A stretch of DNA of 64,000 nucleotides from Antedon mediterranea. Taxonomy: Eukaryota; Animalia; Echinodermata. Made by a program: the position numbers and the translations under genes. The notes beneath the pieces are model-generated. The model made no database searches and had not been told where the DNA came from. It saw only the letters and a list, made by a program, of their open reading frames with translations. Positions 1 to 11,493 of the stretch are shown one piece after another. Within the stretch, counting starts at the first letter, position 1. Each line of letters starts with the position of its first letter. The DNA is taken from NCBI RefSeq assembly GCF_964355755.1, contig NC_092680.1, positions 21,337,045-21,401,044 of the forward strand, read 5' to 3'.

Positions 1-612
1 ACGTGATGATTGTCCAGTCGGTCGTTCACTCGGATTGTCCTGTTGCTGTCACGTAACACCTGCGCAATCGGATCTAAAAAATGATATAACATAATAATAT
101 GAACCAGTTTCTTATGATAATACACATTCCACTTAACGTCTGTGTATTAGTTTCTTTAAATCAATATTTGTTACTTTACAATTGTAAATAATATCCATTT
201 CATGCATACGAACCTCATTATAGATAAAATAGCACAGTGAGCTTGGTGGTAACATACTTGCTTACCAATTTCCTAAGCTGGGTTCAACTCATGGTTCTAT
301 CGCAGTACCATGGGTTTAATAGTAGTACACACTACTTCATTGACGAGCCTAGAATGCTTGGATTTCATTGGGACGTAATTGTCATATTTGCAATATAATA
401 AACTAATAACGATATTTGTCGTTACTATTTGCATAATATAATAACAATAACGATATTTGTTGTAAGCAAATCACATTGTAATAGTAAACACACTACCTCA
501 TTGACGAGCCTAGAATGCTTGGATTGAATTTTATTGGGATGTAATTGCAATATTTTGTTATAAACAAATCTCATTATTTGTTGTAAATAAATAAATCTTA
601 TTGTAATTTTAG

Positions 613-3600
613 AATAGAACAGCGAGAGAACTGATAAACATGAAAGACTCTCATGGATGTACACCAATGCACTATGCCACAAAAGAAGGAAACATGAAAT
701 CTGTTATGGGCTTAATCGAACTTGGAGCAACCGTCAACTCTAAAGATAAACACAAACAATCACCTTTACATTTTGCAGCCAAGTGAGTATAGAAATTGGT
801 ATCATTACCTATGTAACGCCAATTATGGTAAAACTGCTTTAAAAAAGTCACGTTCGAAAAGTAAACCGCCAAACGAAATGGGCAAACGTTGAGTGTTTAA
901 ATATACCTGTGTTTTTGTTTTACTTTTCAGTTTATTACAGCTGATATGACACGTAATTGTTATACATAACGAACCGACTTTCTTATTTATCCTTTTTTGT
1001 ATTCTCTTCTGCTACTGGTTGACGTGACGTCACTAACAGTCTACCCAATTTACCCTAGTTCAGTTGAACCATCCTTTTGTTTTTGATAATTTGATGGCAG
1101 ACACAAATACACCCAATGACACGCACACACAAAGTTTGTCATGTTAATGTATGGATACAAACATTATTGTTCGTGGTTTATCTTCCTACAGTAGTAATTT
1201 GTTAAAAGGTATCCGTCATGATTTCATTAAACGCGTCAACTTTAATTGATGTTCTTTGATAGATATGGGAGATTCAACTCATGTCGACGAATGTTAGACA
1301 GTCCTCATGGACAAATGATCATTAACGAAGCAGACGGTGAAGGCAAGACTGCTCTTCACATTGCCGCCATGAATGGACAAGCTAAAGTGGTCCAACTTCT
1401 ACTGCATAGAGGCGCCCTTCTTCATAAGTAAGAATTAACACGTTGTTTCTGACGCGTCACACTAACATTTTAGCAACATTCTTACTAATTTGATATTTCT
1501 AATAATTGAAAATCTAAAGCACTATTGGTTAATTTCAATGAACGCGTTTTTTTGCTTGGTATTAACGCGTTTTTTTGCTTGGTATTAACGCGTTTTTGTT
1601 GCTTGGTATTAACGCGTTTTTGTTTGCTTGGTGTACACGCATTTTGTTTGCTCAAGGTTGGTTGCTTCGTATCAACGCGTTTTTGTTTGCTTGATATTAA
1701 CGCGTTTTTGTTTGCTTGGTATATATCAACGCGTTTACTGTTACAAATACAAATATTAAGAATTGGAATTGAAGCTTGCACCACCTCTAAATCTCAACGA
1801 TAAATGTCTAATGTCTTTTGCTTGAGTATCATTTTGCACAAACTACTACAAAGCTTACGTCCTTCTCTGCTTATTCCACGCACACTCAGCTAGATCATTA
1901 TACTCTATATCTTAACACTCTTCAATATCACTCTATCCGTTTTCTGCAAAATCTCTTAAACGCTTTCATTTCATGCTAACTGCATTTATACGTACTAGAC
2001 AGTACACTATCGTTTGCTTCTATTAGGGACTACAACGGTCGTACGCCTCTGCACCTTGCTGCCATGGGAGGATACACGAATACAATGGGTGTGTTGTTAG
2101 CAACTCATTCTCATCTACTGGACATGGCTGACGACGAAGAGGTAGAACATAGTACAATTAAGCTTGGTTTCAACTGAGACGCAACGCAGTGACGTATGCG
2201 CGCCGCAAGACATATAACCAATCATGGCGTGATGGATCATCTGAATTGCTTGTGATTGGTCAACTTACTTGCGTTGCGCCTACATCGTTGCGTCCAAGTG
2301 GGAATCAAGCTTTTTAAAATTGTTATTATTTTTGTTCTTTTCGTGTATTAAATAACACTACTTTATCTGTTTTGTCTTTGTGTAGTAGTAGTAGTAGTCA
2401 TTTACTGTGTTAATGATAAATTGACTTTTAATTTATTTTTCTATTTTCAATTTGATAATAGTAAACTTAAATTAATTGTCTATAATACCCCTTTTTGGAC
2501 GAGTAGGAGGTTATCTCGGTGTACTACTACATCACAGCGACTGAGCATAACTGGGCCCTCTGGGAGAACAGTCTTTGACTGAAGAGGTCACCCAGTATAA
2601 GAACTTTCAATTTCAATTCAATGTAGTAAAAAAAAACTTTCTTCTATTTTGAAGAACACCGCATTGCATCTGGCGGCTCAGTACGGTCATTCTGGTGCGG
2701 TCAAGTTTCTATTAGACAGTGATGCCAAAATAATCGCCAACATTGAGAACTTGAACATAGTTGACATGGCAATACAGAACAAGAATAAGTATGTGGCCCT
2801 TGCCATTATACAAAACGACAGGTATATTTTATTGTATTATTTCATAATTAAATTTGTAAATTTTTTTATCAATCAATCACATCGGTTGGTAATTTGATCA
2901 TGGAAATAAAAAAATGTACAATCAATTTCAAATTAAACGAAATAAATTCATTCATCAGTGGAAAATGACTTACATTTATTATCATTTGCATATAAAATAT
3001 ACATAGAAATGATATTTGCTCTGAGAATACAAAAAAACAATTACAAAGTGTCACATCAATACAAATCATAAGAGAACAATTAACTTATAGAACAAAGACA
3101 ATACAAAAGAAAGAAAAAATAACATAGGAATCATATATACAATACAAGTTATTAAAAATTGTGAAGAAAAGAAAAACAATGTACAATATTTAAAGATGTA
3201 TTGTCCCTTTGACTAATTCCAAAAAAATAAAAAATAAAAGATTTCGAAAAAAGGTGGGTCATTTTGAAGTATCATAATAGTTATTAACTATCACCAAAAA
3301 AAAATTTTAACTGAAATACAGACGTTTTTTTGTTAAAAAAATAACTTTGACTTCCAGTCAAAGTTTTCAATCAAAACATATCCCATAATGCAACGCACTT
3401 GTTTGGCTACTCTGTATGCATAATCATAAAACTTCCTCATGATCTGTGTGAAAATACCTTCTCAACCGTGACGAGTTGTAAACAATCCTAATTTATCATA
3501 TGCATAATGCGTACTCATGGTTTGAAATCTTTGTTTACTTTCGCTCGTGACGATTTTCCAGATGAAATGTAATCAAACTAATTTACCTGTTAATTACGTA

Positions 3601-6600
3601 AACTTGTTGTTTTGGCTTAAATTTTCGACTTAAAGTGAATAGCTTTAATATTACTTTGATATGGCCACTTTAAATTTAGAATATTTTGACCTTCATTTTT
3701 TTGTGTTTCAAGGGACAATACATCTTTAATATAGCTCTTATTATTTGCAGTATGTTTCTTCAGTGACCTATGACCTATGTATATTTAAATGTATGATGTG
3801 ATTTTTATGCGGCTCTGTTGTTAAATAATAACAATAACCTCATGTATAATATAGCTAATTTATTCAATGATAACATCGTTGTTATTTTGTTATGTTAGAT
3901 GGAAGGAGGCTCTAGGCTCCTGTTGTCGATATACGCTTGGGCTTATTGAGCATCTTCCAGACGTTTGTTTAGTAAGTTACAATGCTATAGATGTTGTCTT
4001 TTTTACTTTAGTCGATTTTTTCTTAAAATACGTGTACGAGCTTAAGTAGTATACGTATGAAACGCCCTATGTGCCAAAATATATTCCACATTTCCACATT
4101 TATTTAGTCATCAATTCCAAAATACAAAACAAATGCGTCTAGTATATAGACTACATTGGCTATTGCCTGTTGATTTATTTTGTCAAGAATGTTAGTCAAT
4201 TTGGAAATATATGCTTGATTATGTATTTTTCATCATCGTTTTGTCATTGTTACTTTATTATAGGTTCTACTGGATCGATGTGTCACCAAGTCTGATCTGG
4301 AACCCGAGTCTGAACATTTCTGGGTAAGACGTGCAGAATACTTATTCAGTTTTCGATCATAGATATATTATCAATTTGGTTTTTTCACAAGCAGCTATTG
4401 AGTCTAATATTCATTCTGCGCATGCTCATATGATTATGAGAGTGCGTAGAATGACTCGCGCACGCAATAGTCGCGCATAAAACGAAAGGAAGCTAACCAA
4501 ATTACAACGATGGCAACTCTGACCAAACCCAGCGTTACAACAATATTGAGAAAATGAAGATAGCAAATATACCTTTACTTTTAGTCCCTAGAGGGGTTGT
4601 GAATAAATCATTTTTTTTAATATTCCTATTCTAGTATAAATATGATTTCACGTTTCTGAAATGTTCCGGATACGTGAGGAAAACATACGAAGAGAAAGGT
4701 ATTGAGCTTATGCCACTACTGCCGCTAAATGTAAGTGTTATTATTATGTAAGATTTTTATTTTTGAATAACATTGTTATACTTTTGAATTACATAAACAT
4801 TACCTTTGCAATTTTCTAAGATGGAAATTTGATAAAAATATTATTCAAAAATACGTTAGATATGTATTATATTATGGTATATTTCGGTTTACCATTGTAC
4901 CATTGATAAACAGTGCAGGTGGCACGTCTGTTAAGGTCTGTCTACACTATCAAACATTGTGATGTTCCAAATATGGTAGTGATATGTATAAATATCGTAG
5001 TTATATGACATTATCATGTCCATATAAGGGCACATCACATTTTTTTGTCACAAAAATATTTGATAGTGTAGACACCCTTTAGTGCAATTTAAGAGCGATT
5101 TCTATTAGTAAATGCTCAGTATTCATTCATTTCTATTATTTCAGATAGTAAATCCATAAACAGTAACGTAAAAAAAAAATATACTATAGATATAAACAAA
5201 ATGAATTATATTACTAAAAGGATAACTAATGTTTGTTTATAACATAGAAAATGGTACAATTCAACCGAATCAACTGCTTGTCACATCCCGTATGTCTTCA
5301 CTACTTGTCGATGAAATGGTACGTACGCTTACTATGTTTCCTCTGTCACTAATGAAGATTTCGAAGTTATCAATGACGTAACGTCAATGGCGTACCAAGA
5401 TTGATAGAAAAGTTTCTGCAGCGTATATACGTATACTTGTATTAATTGTTATTTGAAAAAAAAATATGTAGGGGACAATCTTGAAAACTGTCATCAACGA
5501 GCGGCGTTTTTTGTAAGAAATATTTCTTGTTATATATATTATTGCTGTGTATAATTGCTATTTTTCTTACAGGTCAGCTTACGGTAGACCAGTTTATATG
5601 CTGAACATTTTCATCTATTCCATATTTTTAATGTTCCTGACGTCATTCGTAATCATAGAAGTACTTCCTCGTAAGAACCACACAGATGGATCACATTATG
5701 AGTACAAACACCCACCACCCTCTGAGGTTAGTTTGTTTCTTGATATGTAATCAATTTCAAGTTGCATACTAACTACTGTAGTTGCATACAAACTACTGTA
5801 GTTGCATACAAACTAGTGTAGTTGCATACAAACTACTGTAGTTGCATACAAACTACTGTAGTTGCATACGAACTACTGTAGTTACAGAACATTGTTCTTT
5901 AATGTTTTGTGACTGTTAATTAAATAAGATTAGATTGGATGGTTCCTTACTTATTTGTTTATTTTCAATCTGTTCCATTTATTTAAGTATCTACCATTCG
6001 ATACGCTCTTTGAAATCGACGTTATGATTTCTGTAAACATTTTAATATCAACAATAACATACTTATGTTATTAGTAAAGTGAAATAAAATTTAATGAAAT
6101 ATGACTGTTAATATTAAAATTATTTCTTTTCAGTTTACAAATTTTAGCATCGTCGGTTGTTGGGTTATAACGATGTTTTCCGCACTCAATATGTTTAAAG
6201 AAATCGTCCAAATGTCTTACCAGGTAAGGGTTGCTAAATATAACAAAAACATGGTGCATACTAAATAAATCTCTATCATTAATAAAGGTTAATACTAGTA
6301 AAAAATGTTTGTAAGACCCCAATGGAAATAAGCTCCTAAACTTTTGGAGTTACTGTAAGTTGAAGTAAAATTATGACTTTGTTTTTCAAAATTCTAATCA
6401 ATTCATACGTAAGAATATGTTGAGAAGTTATTTAAATCTAATTAATGAATCATTGAATAAAATTGATTTATTTTAGAGAGATAAATACTTCAGGGAGGTA
6501 ACAAACGCTGTAGAGTGGATTTTGTACATCAGTTCGATGCTGTTTGTGGCGCCGTTTTTAGGCGGTTACTCAACTCACTACCAGTGGTCGTGTGGCGCCA

Positions 6601-9600
6601 TTGCAATATTTCTGGCATGGTTCAATTTTCTGTTATATCTCCAAAGGTAATGATTTACTTTTATCAATATACACCCGATTTTACAGATGTCACTAGATAG
6701 ATTCTAACTGACTATAGCAAGTCATGAAAACGATAGTCAGTAAGCATTTATCTTATGACAACTGAAGAAATTTGTGTAATTATTATAGTGTACTTATTAC
6801 GAAGGTTTTATAATTTGAGTTTAGGCCTACTCGCCTTTCAAATTTTACTTGCTTATACTAATAATATGTTTAGCATTTGTAGTGGTTTGTATTTTAGTGA
6901 ACATCTAGTTTCTAAATAGGGCCTTTCTCCTACAAATTGTTTGAATTGAAAGTTCACTTTTTCAAATATGTGTTTGTATTCAAATAATGTGTTATTTGTT
7001 TTCAGATTTGATATATTTGGCATTTACGTAGTGATGTTTCTGGAGATATTAAAAACCTTGATACAAGTCTTACTCGTCTTTTCAATACTCATCATAGCCT
7101 TTAGCCTCGCTCTGTATATACTTTTATCACAAGAGGTAAGGTTCCTATGTACAACCAAAATGCATTACCGATTTAGTAACACTATTACTTACCATTATTT
7201 GAAATATTAATCTTGGTAATATGGTTTACTAAGCAAAAATATAATCGTGACAAAATTCTTATTTTCAATTCCTATTTATTTTCCACATAAACCACCATCT
7301 TATGTGATAGTGTTGATACATTCTTGTTGTAATATTTTAATTATTTACAATTTTTTATGCGTGTATACTTTTATACATACGTTTACATGATTAAACTTTA
7401 CCTATTTTAAGGTTTGTAAATTTATTCGAGCAATAATCTCAATATAAGAATATCAATAGGGTTTTTAATGATTTCTGTAGGCCCTTGTAAAATGATGCAG
7501 AGAGAGCAGCTTCCAATTGTAACTGCCACTAGCTAAGCTTATGATAAACCTACTTATTTTAACCTGTATTGATACAATATTTCTTTTAGGAAAACCACGC
7601 TCATTCGACGATAGGTTTGTCTCTGATGCATGTTGTTGTGATGACATTAGGAGAGATGGATTACATCAATTCGTATGTAGATCCAGCGACCGATGGCAGA
7701 GATGAGACAATGCACTTTCAAGGCCTCTCGTTCTTCTTCATTGTCATGTTGATATTACTAATGCCTATTCTTCTTATGAACTTACTGGTAAGAATGAACT
7801 CATATGTATTATTGTAAATATCCTTAATTTTAACGTTCTTATTTTCATTACAAATTACGTGTTAATTCTAACATAAGAACAATTAGGCCTATTAACTGCA
7901 ATAAGTTTGAATAGTCCATCGCTTGTGATTGGTCAAATTAGTTGCGTTGCGTCCTTGCGCTGCGTCCTTGCGTTGCGTCGCTAGTGGGAACCAAGCTAAT
8001 GGTTGTAACTGTAGCCCAATTCTCCTTTTTTGTTTTGTGTGATTATAGATTGGTTTAGCGGTTGGTGATATTGCTGGTGTACAGCGTAATGCTCAGTTAA
8101 AGCGTCTTGCAATGCAGGTTGATCTCCACACTGACTTAGAACAGAAGTTACCGCAAAAAGCCATTAAATACGTCGATAGGACTGAGTACACCGTATACCC
8201 TAATTGTTCAAAACTGTTCCTCTTCAAGGTATGACAATCGTACATTTTTTATAGTGATCAATTTTTGTATATCTAATATTTACCTGCTTTTTTACTATGT
8301 TCTTCTTTCATTGCCTTACCTTCTTGAAAATCACAGTTTGTTACATTGTGTTTAATTATTATTATTCTTAAATATGTGTTTTGATTAGATTTAACAAAAT
8401 AATACAAATACAATTTTAGGATAATTATTTGACAAAATCATTGCTTAAAGTCGATTATTGTCGATCGTCATAGTTTCCAAACAAAATGAAGAAAGTAAAG
8501 TATTTGTACTTTTGGACCTGATTAACCATGTAGTAAAATAGTGGTAATGTGTTGAATATTTGTTATTGTTAGATTTGGAAGAAAATTCGGGCGACGGCAG
8601 GGATGGATGATGACAGCACTCAAATGGAAAGGATAACGGAAGCGACGACGGATCCGGTTTTCGATCTCGTACATAAAGAACAACTTAAACAGAAACGAAG
8701 GTAGCCTGTTCATACTACTACATTTCACTATTTCTTTCTTTTCTAAAATCACCTTAAAAGTTTGTCTCACTATAATGCAAACTAATGACGTACGCGCAGT
8801 GCCAGTTATCAACCAATCACAAGTGCCAGTTCAGATTGGTCAAAGTACTTGCGTTGTGCGTACGTAAAACATTGTGTTGTGTTCTTTCTAGTTCAAAGCA
8901 ATTTAGAAATAAAAACATACCATATCTTAAATGGTGGCTATGCACATTACACATCATTGATCTTTAATTTACTCGTTTTATTTTACATTAGAATCAAAGA
9001 AATGCAACAGCAGATGGGAAAGCAGTTGGATCTCTTGAAGTTGATTGTACAGAAAATGGAAATAAAATCTGAAGCAGACGACCAGGACGAAGGAGACAAT
9101 ATCCGCGATAAAAATAAGTAAGTAAACAAAAATAATTACGATTAATATTTCAATTCATATTGACCAATGACAAGTTTCTTCTCTTAAACCGTCCGTTGTA
9201 TTGGTCAAATCATTTCATAATGATGTTACGTAAATGTTTTCCTCCAAAGATTTAATATGTTATGTTTTATTACAAAGGGTTCATTTAAGTCAAGTTGTTC
9301 GTCAGACCATGGTATTAAGAGCGTTCCATACCCAGTTATCACAAGCCTCAAGTTTAGGGATTGTGCGCAGGCGCAGTTCTGGCGAATCTACTGTGTTACC
9401 TGGAGTATCAACGGTAGAGGAAGTCAACGAGGAAACAGACAAAACCAAGGTTGATACAAGTACGGTTAGGGCTATTGATGACGTATACGAAGTTGATGAG
9501 GACGTGGAGGATGACGACGACGACGATGATGATGATGATGACGAAGAGAAAGATAATGAAAAGGGAGAAAGAGAGAGTGATGCTACGACTATCAGTCTTT

Positions 9601-9632
9601 CTGACGATTCAGAGATCACACCACAGTTATGA
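613..9632 (+). CDS. TRPA1: Transient receptor potential ankyrin 1 channel, 5'-partial, 17 exons
   Basis: Exons 613-782, 1263-1427, 2027-2141, 2655-2821, 3899-3971, 4264-4323, 4635-4730, 5248-5318, 5573-5726, 6134-6223, 6477-6646, 7006-7135, 7590-7787, 8049-8228, 8573-8700, 8992-9117, 9278-9632. All are AG/GT bounded and join in frame (2448 nt). Ankyrin repeats (GCTPMHYA, QSPLHFAA, KTALHIAA, RTPLHLAA, NTALHLAA), HPVCLHYLSMKW, S4-S5 WFNFLLYLQRFDIFGIYVVMFLEIL, pore LGEMDY, S6 MPILLMNLLIGLAVGDI, TRP-like LKRLAMQV, coiled coil LLKLIVQKMEIKSE. Confidence 0.95.
1542..1735. repeat. Imperfect ~23-25 bp intronic tandem repeat (aacgcgtttttgtttgcttggtatt)
   Basis: About 7 visible degenerate units; accounts for the repetitive ORFs 1485..1784 and 1525..1803. 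Confidence 0.85.
2161..2311. mobile_element. MITE family A copy (PIF/Harbinger-type)
   Basis: Termini agcttggttt... / ...ggaatcaagct, internal gacgcaacgc / gcgttgcg and accaatca / tgattggt arms. Confidence 0.8.
3194..3725. mobile_element. Non-autonomous DNA transposon with TTAA TSD (Kolobok-like)
   Basis: Perfect 16-bp TIR agatgtattgtccctt / aagggacaatacatct, flanked by TTAA at 3190-3193 and 3726-3729. TTAA TSD with AG termini fits Kolobok better than piggyBac (CCC termini). Confidence 0.8.
4934..5078. mobile_element. MITE family B copy (PIF/Harbinger-type)
   Basis: TIR aggtctgtctacactatcaaa / tttgatagtgtagacaccct; TTA on both sides. Confidence 0.8.
5761..5883. repeat. 20-bp minisatellite (gttgcatacaaactactgta) x6
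   Basis: Directly visible tandem copies. Confidence 0.95.
7916..7997. mobile_element. MITE family A, half copy
   Basis: catcgcttgtgattggtcaa...gcgttgcgtcgctagtgggaaccaagct. Confidence 0.75.
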
Positions 9633-10925
9633 ATTGACGCACACTGGACACTCGCGCTAATCGTCTCTTTCTCCCACCAGTGCCAATAGGCGTATATCAA
9701 ACCTACCTTTTGAGACAGTGTATCTCGATAAGCAATCAAAGCTTTAATACTTTCTATCTTAAGTACATCTAACCAATAATATGAAATTCGATTAATATCA
9801 AATTTATCCTAAAAAAATATTATTTGATGTAAATTAATACACGCTAGATAGAAATTGATAAAGCGCAGTTATGATGTCTATATATTTTGATGGTTATACC
9901 TTGGACATGGTAATTTTTTATTTTAAATAATGGCTCTAACGCAACGTAATGAAAAAATAAGTAATTTGACCAATCACGTCGGGTGAATAATCCAAATTGT
10001 CGCTTGTGATTGGTCAATTCAATTGCGTCCAAGTGGGAATATAGCTTTAAGGGATGGAAATCCGTTTACCTGTTACAGAGTGTAAATTGTTTAGCTTTGC
10101 AATATAAATACAGAAATCAGAAGGAAAGATTACAGACAATGTATGTCGTGATTCGAAGAGAAACAAATCTAACCAAAGGAGTGAGTGAGTTTTTTAGAGC
10201 AAAAGATTAAAAACATTCATAAAAAGACATTGAAAAAAACCTTACAATAAAACTTTCAAATCACAAGACAAAGACATCTGTTACGTTTGACACCTAAAAC
10301 TGTACATTAATCCAACCCGCCTAAGTAAAATATACATATAAATATATTTTGTTATATCTGTTCAGTGTTGCTAAATAAAGGTAATGTTTGTACACAATAT
10401 TAACATTGACAGTTAGAATAAGGCTAGGTAATACATCGTTTATTCACGTATGACAACTGTAAACTTATATTTGTAATTGAGCAAAGACTAAATTAAGAAC
10501 AGCCGACGAGTGACGACTAATGAGAACACACTTGGATAATGATAGTTTCAATTAAAATATAGTAATTTGATTGGAACCGATTATTAGTAAAGCGTAAGTA
10601 CAACTCGTCATGATGTATAATTATAGTCTTTAAAATACTATTATAATGTATTGGTGTATTACAATTAGATTAAATTGAATAGAATTATGTCATATTCAAT
10701 TTGAAAGTATATTTCATTGGTGCCATTGTTTAGTTCGATTTCTAAGTCTTAAGAATCAAAATGGTTGTAAATACACGTGAAAATACTGACATGTGAGTGA
10801 GAAATATAATAAAGAAAGAAAGTTATTATTAGAGTCAGGCAACAATCAACAGGTTGGAGTTGGACTCGTACAACACTCTTCATAGTCTCTAGATTGTTCG
10901 TAAACGTTCGCATAACGAATATTTA

Positions 10926-11127
10926 AGCGTGGTTCCCACTAGAACGCAAGGCAGCGACGACGCAAAGTGTTGTATTGCGTAATCATAAGTGGGAACCGAC
11001 GACGCAACAATGCTACAAAAATCGCAGGTTTGATTTCACGCAGGCGGGGGCAAACACAATTATTGGAAGGGCATTTTCTTACGTTGCGTAGGTTGCGTTA
11101 CGTTGCGTATCTAGTGGGAACCAAGCT
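10926..11127. mobile_element. MITE family A, long subfamily, in putative TRPA1 3' UTR
   Basis: TIR agcgtggttcccactag / ctagtgggaaccaagct, TTA TSD (10923-10925, 11128-11130); shares the internal caggcgggggcaaacacaattatt segment with the copy at 38382. Confidence 0.88.
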
Positions 11128-11381
11128 TTAGTGCAGTTTATGATTGCTAGGTTATGTTTATATATTTATGAATAGCCTAGTATTGTATGCTTAGTTGTCT
11201 TGATATATGGTTTATTAAAATGCCAATAGTGATGATTTAGTTGCAATAATTATTATTATAAGTTTGTAAAACAATATAATTATAGTTAATTATTGAAGAA
11301 AATAATTATGCGGTATTGTGTAATATATTTATTTAATTCTTTAAGTCTGTATTTGTGATACAAAATGTATGATTTATTTTT

Positions 11382-11387
11382 AATAAA
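11382..11387 (+). terminator. Candidate TRPA1 polyadenylation signal
   Basis: AATAAA at the end of the AT-rich region after the stop, just before the satellite block; other AATAAA hexamers exist upstream. Confidence 0.35.
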
Positions 11388-11493
11388 AATAGATTGTTGA
11401 TCGTTGTAAAATATATGCGCATATATAGCAATATTATTGCATAATAACAGTATTTTAAAAAGTGCGTATTTTGGCCATTTTTTGGAAAAAAAT

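Noticed and set aside
327-550. Short direct duplication cacactac.tcattgacgagcctagaatgcttggatt
   Set aside because: Ordinary local intronic duplication with no further structure.
9302-9739. Ser-rich minus-strand ORF
   Set aside because: Antisense shadow of the TRPA1 poly-Asp exon.
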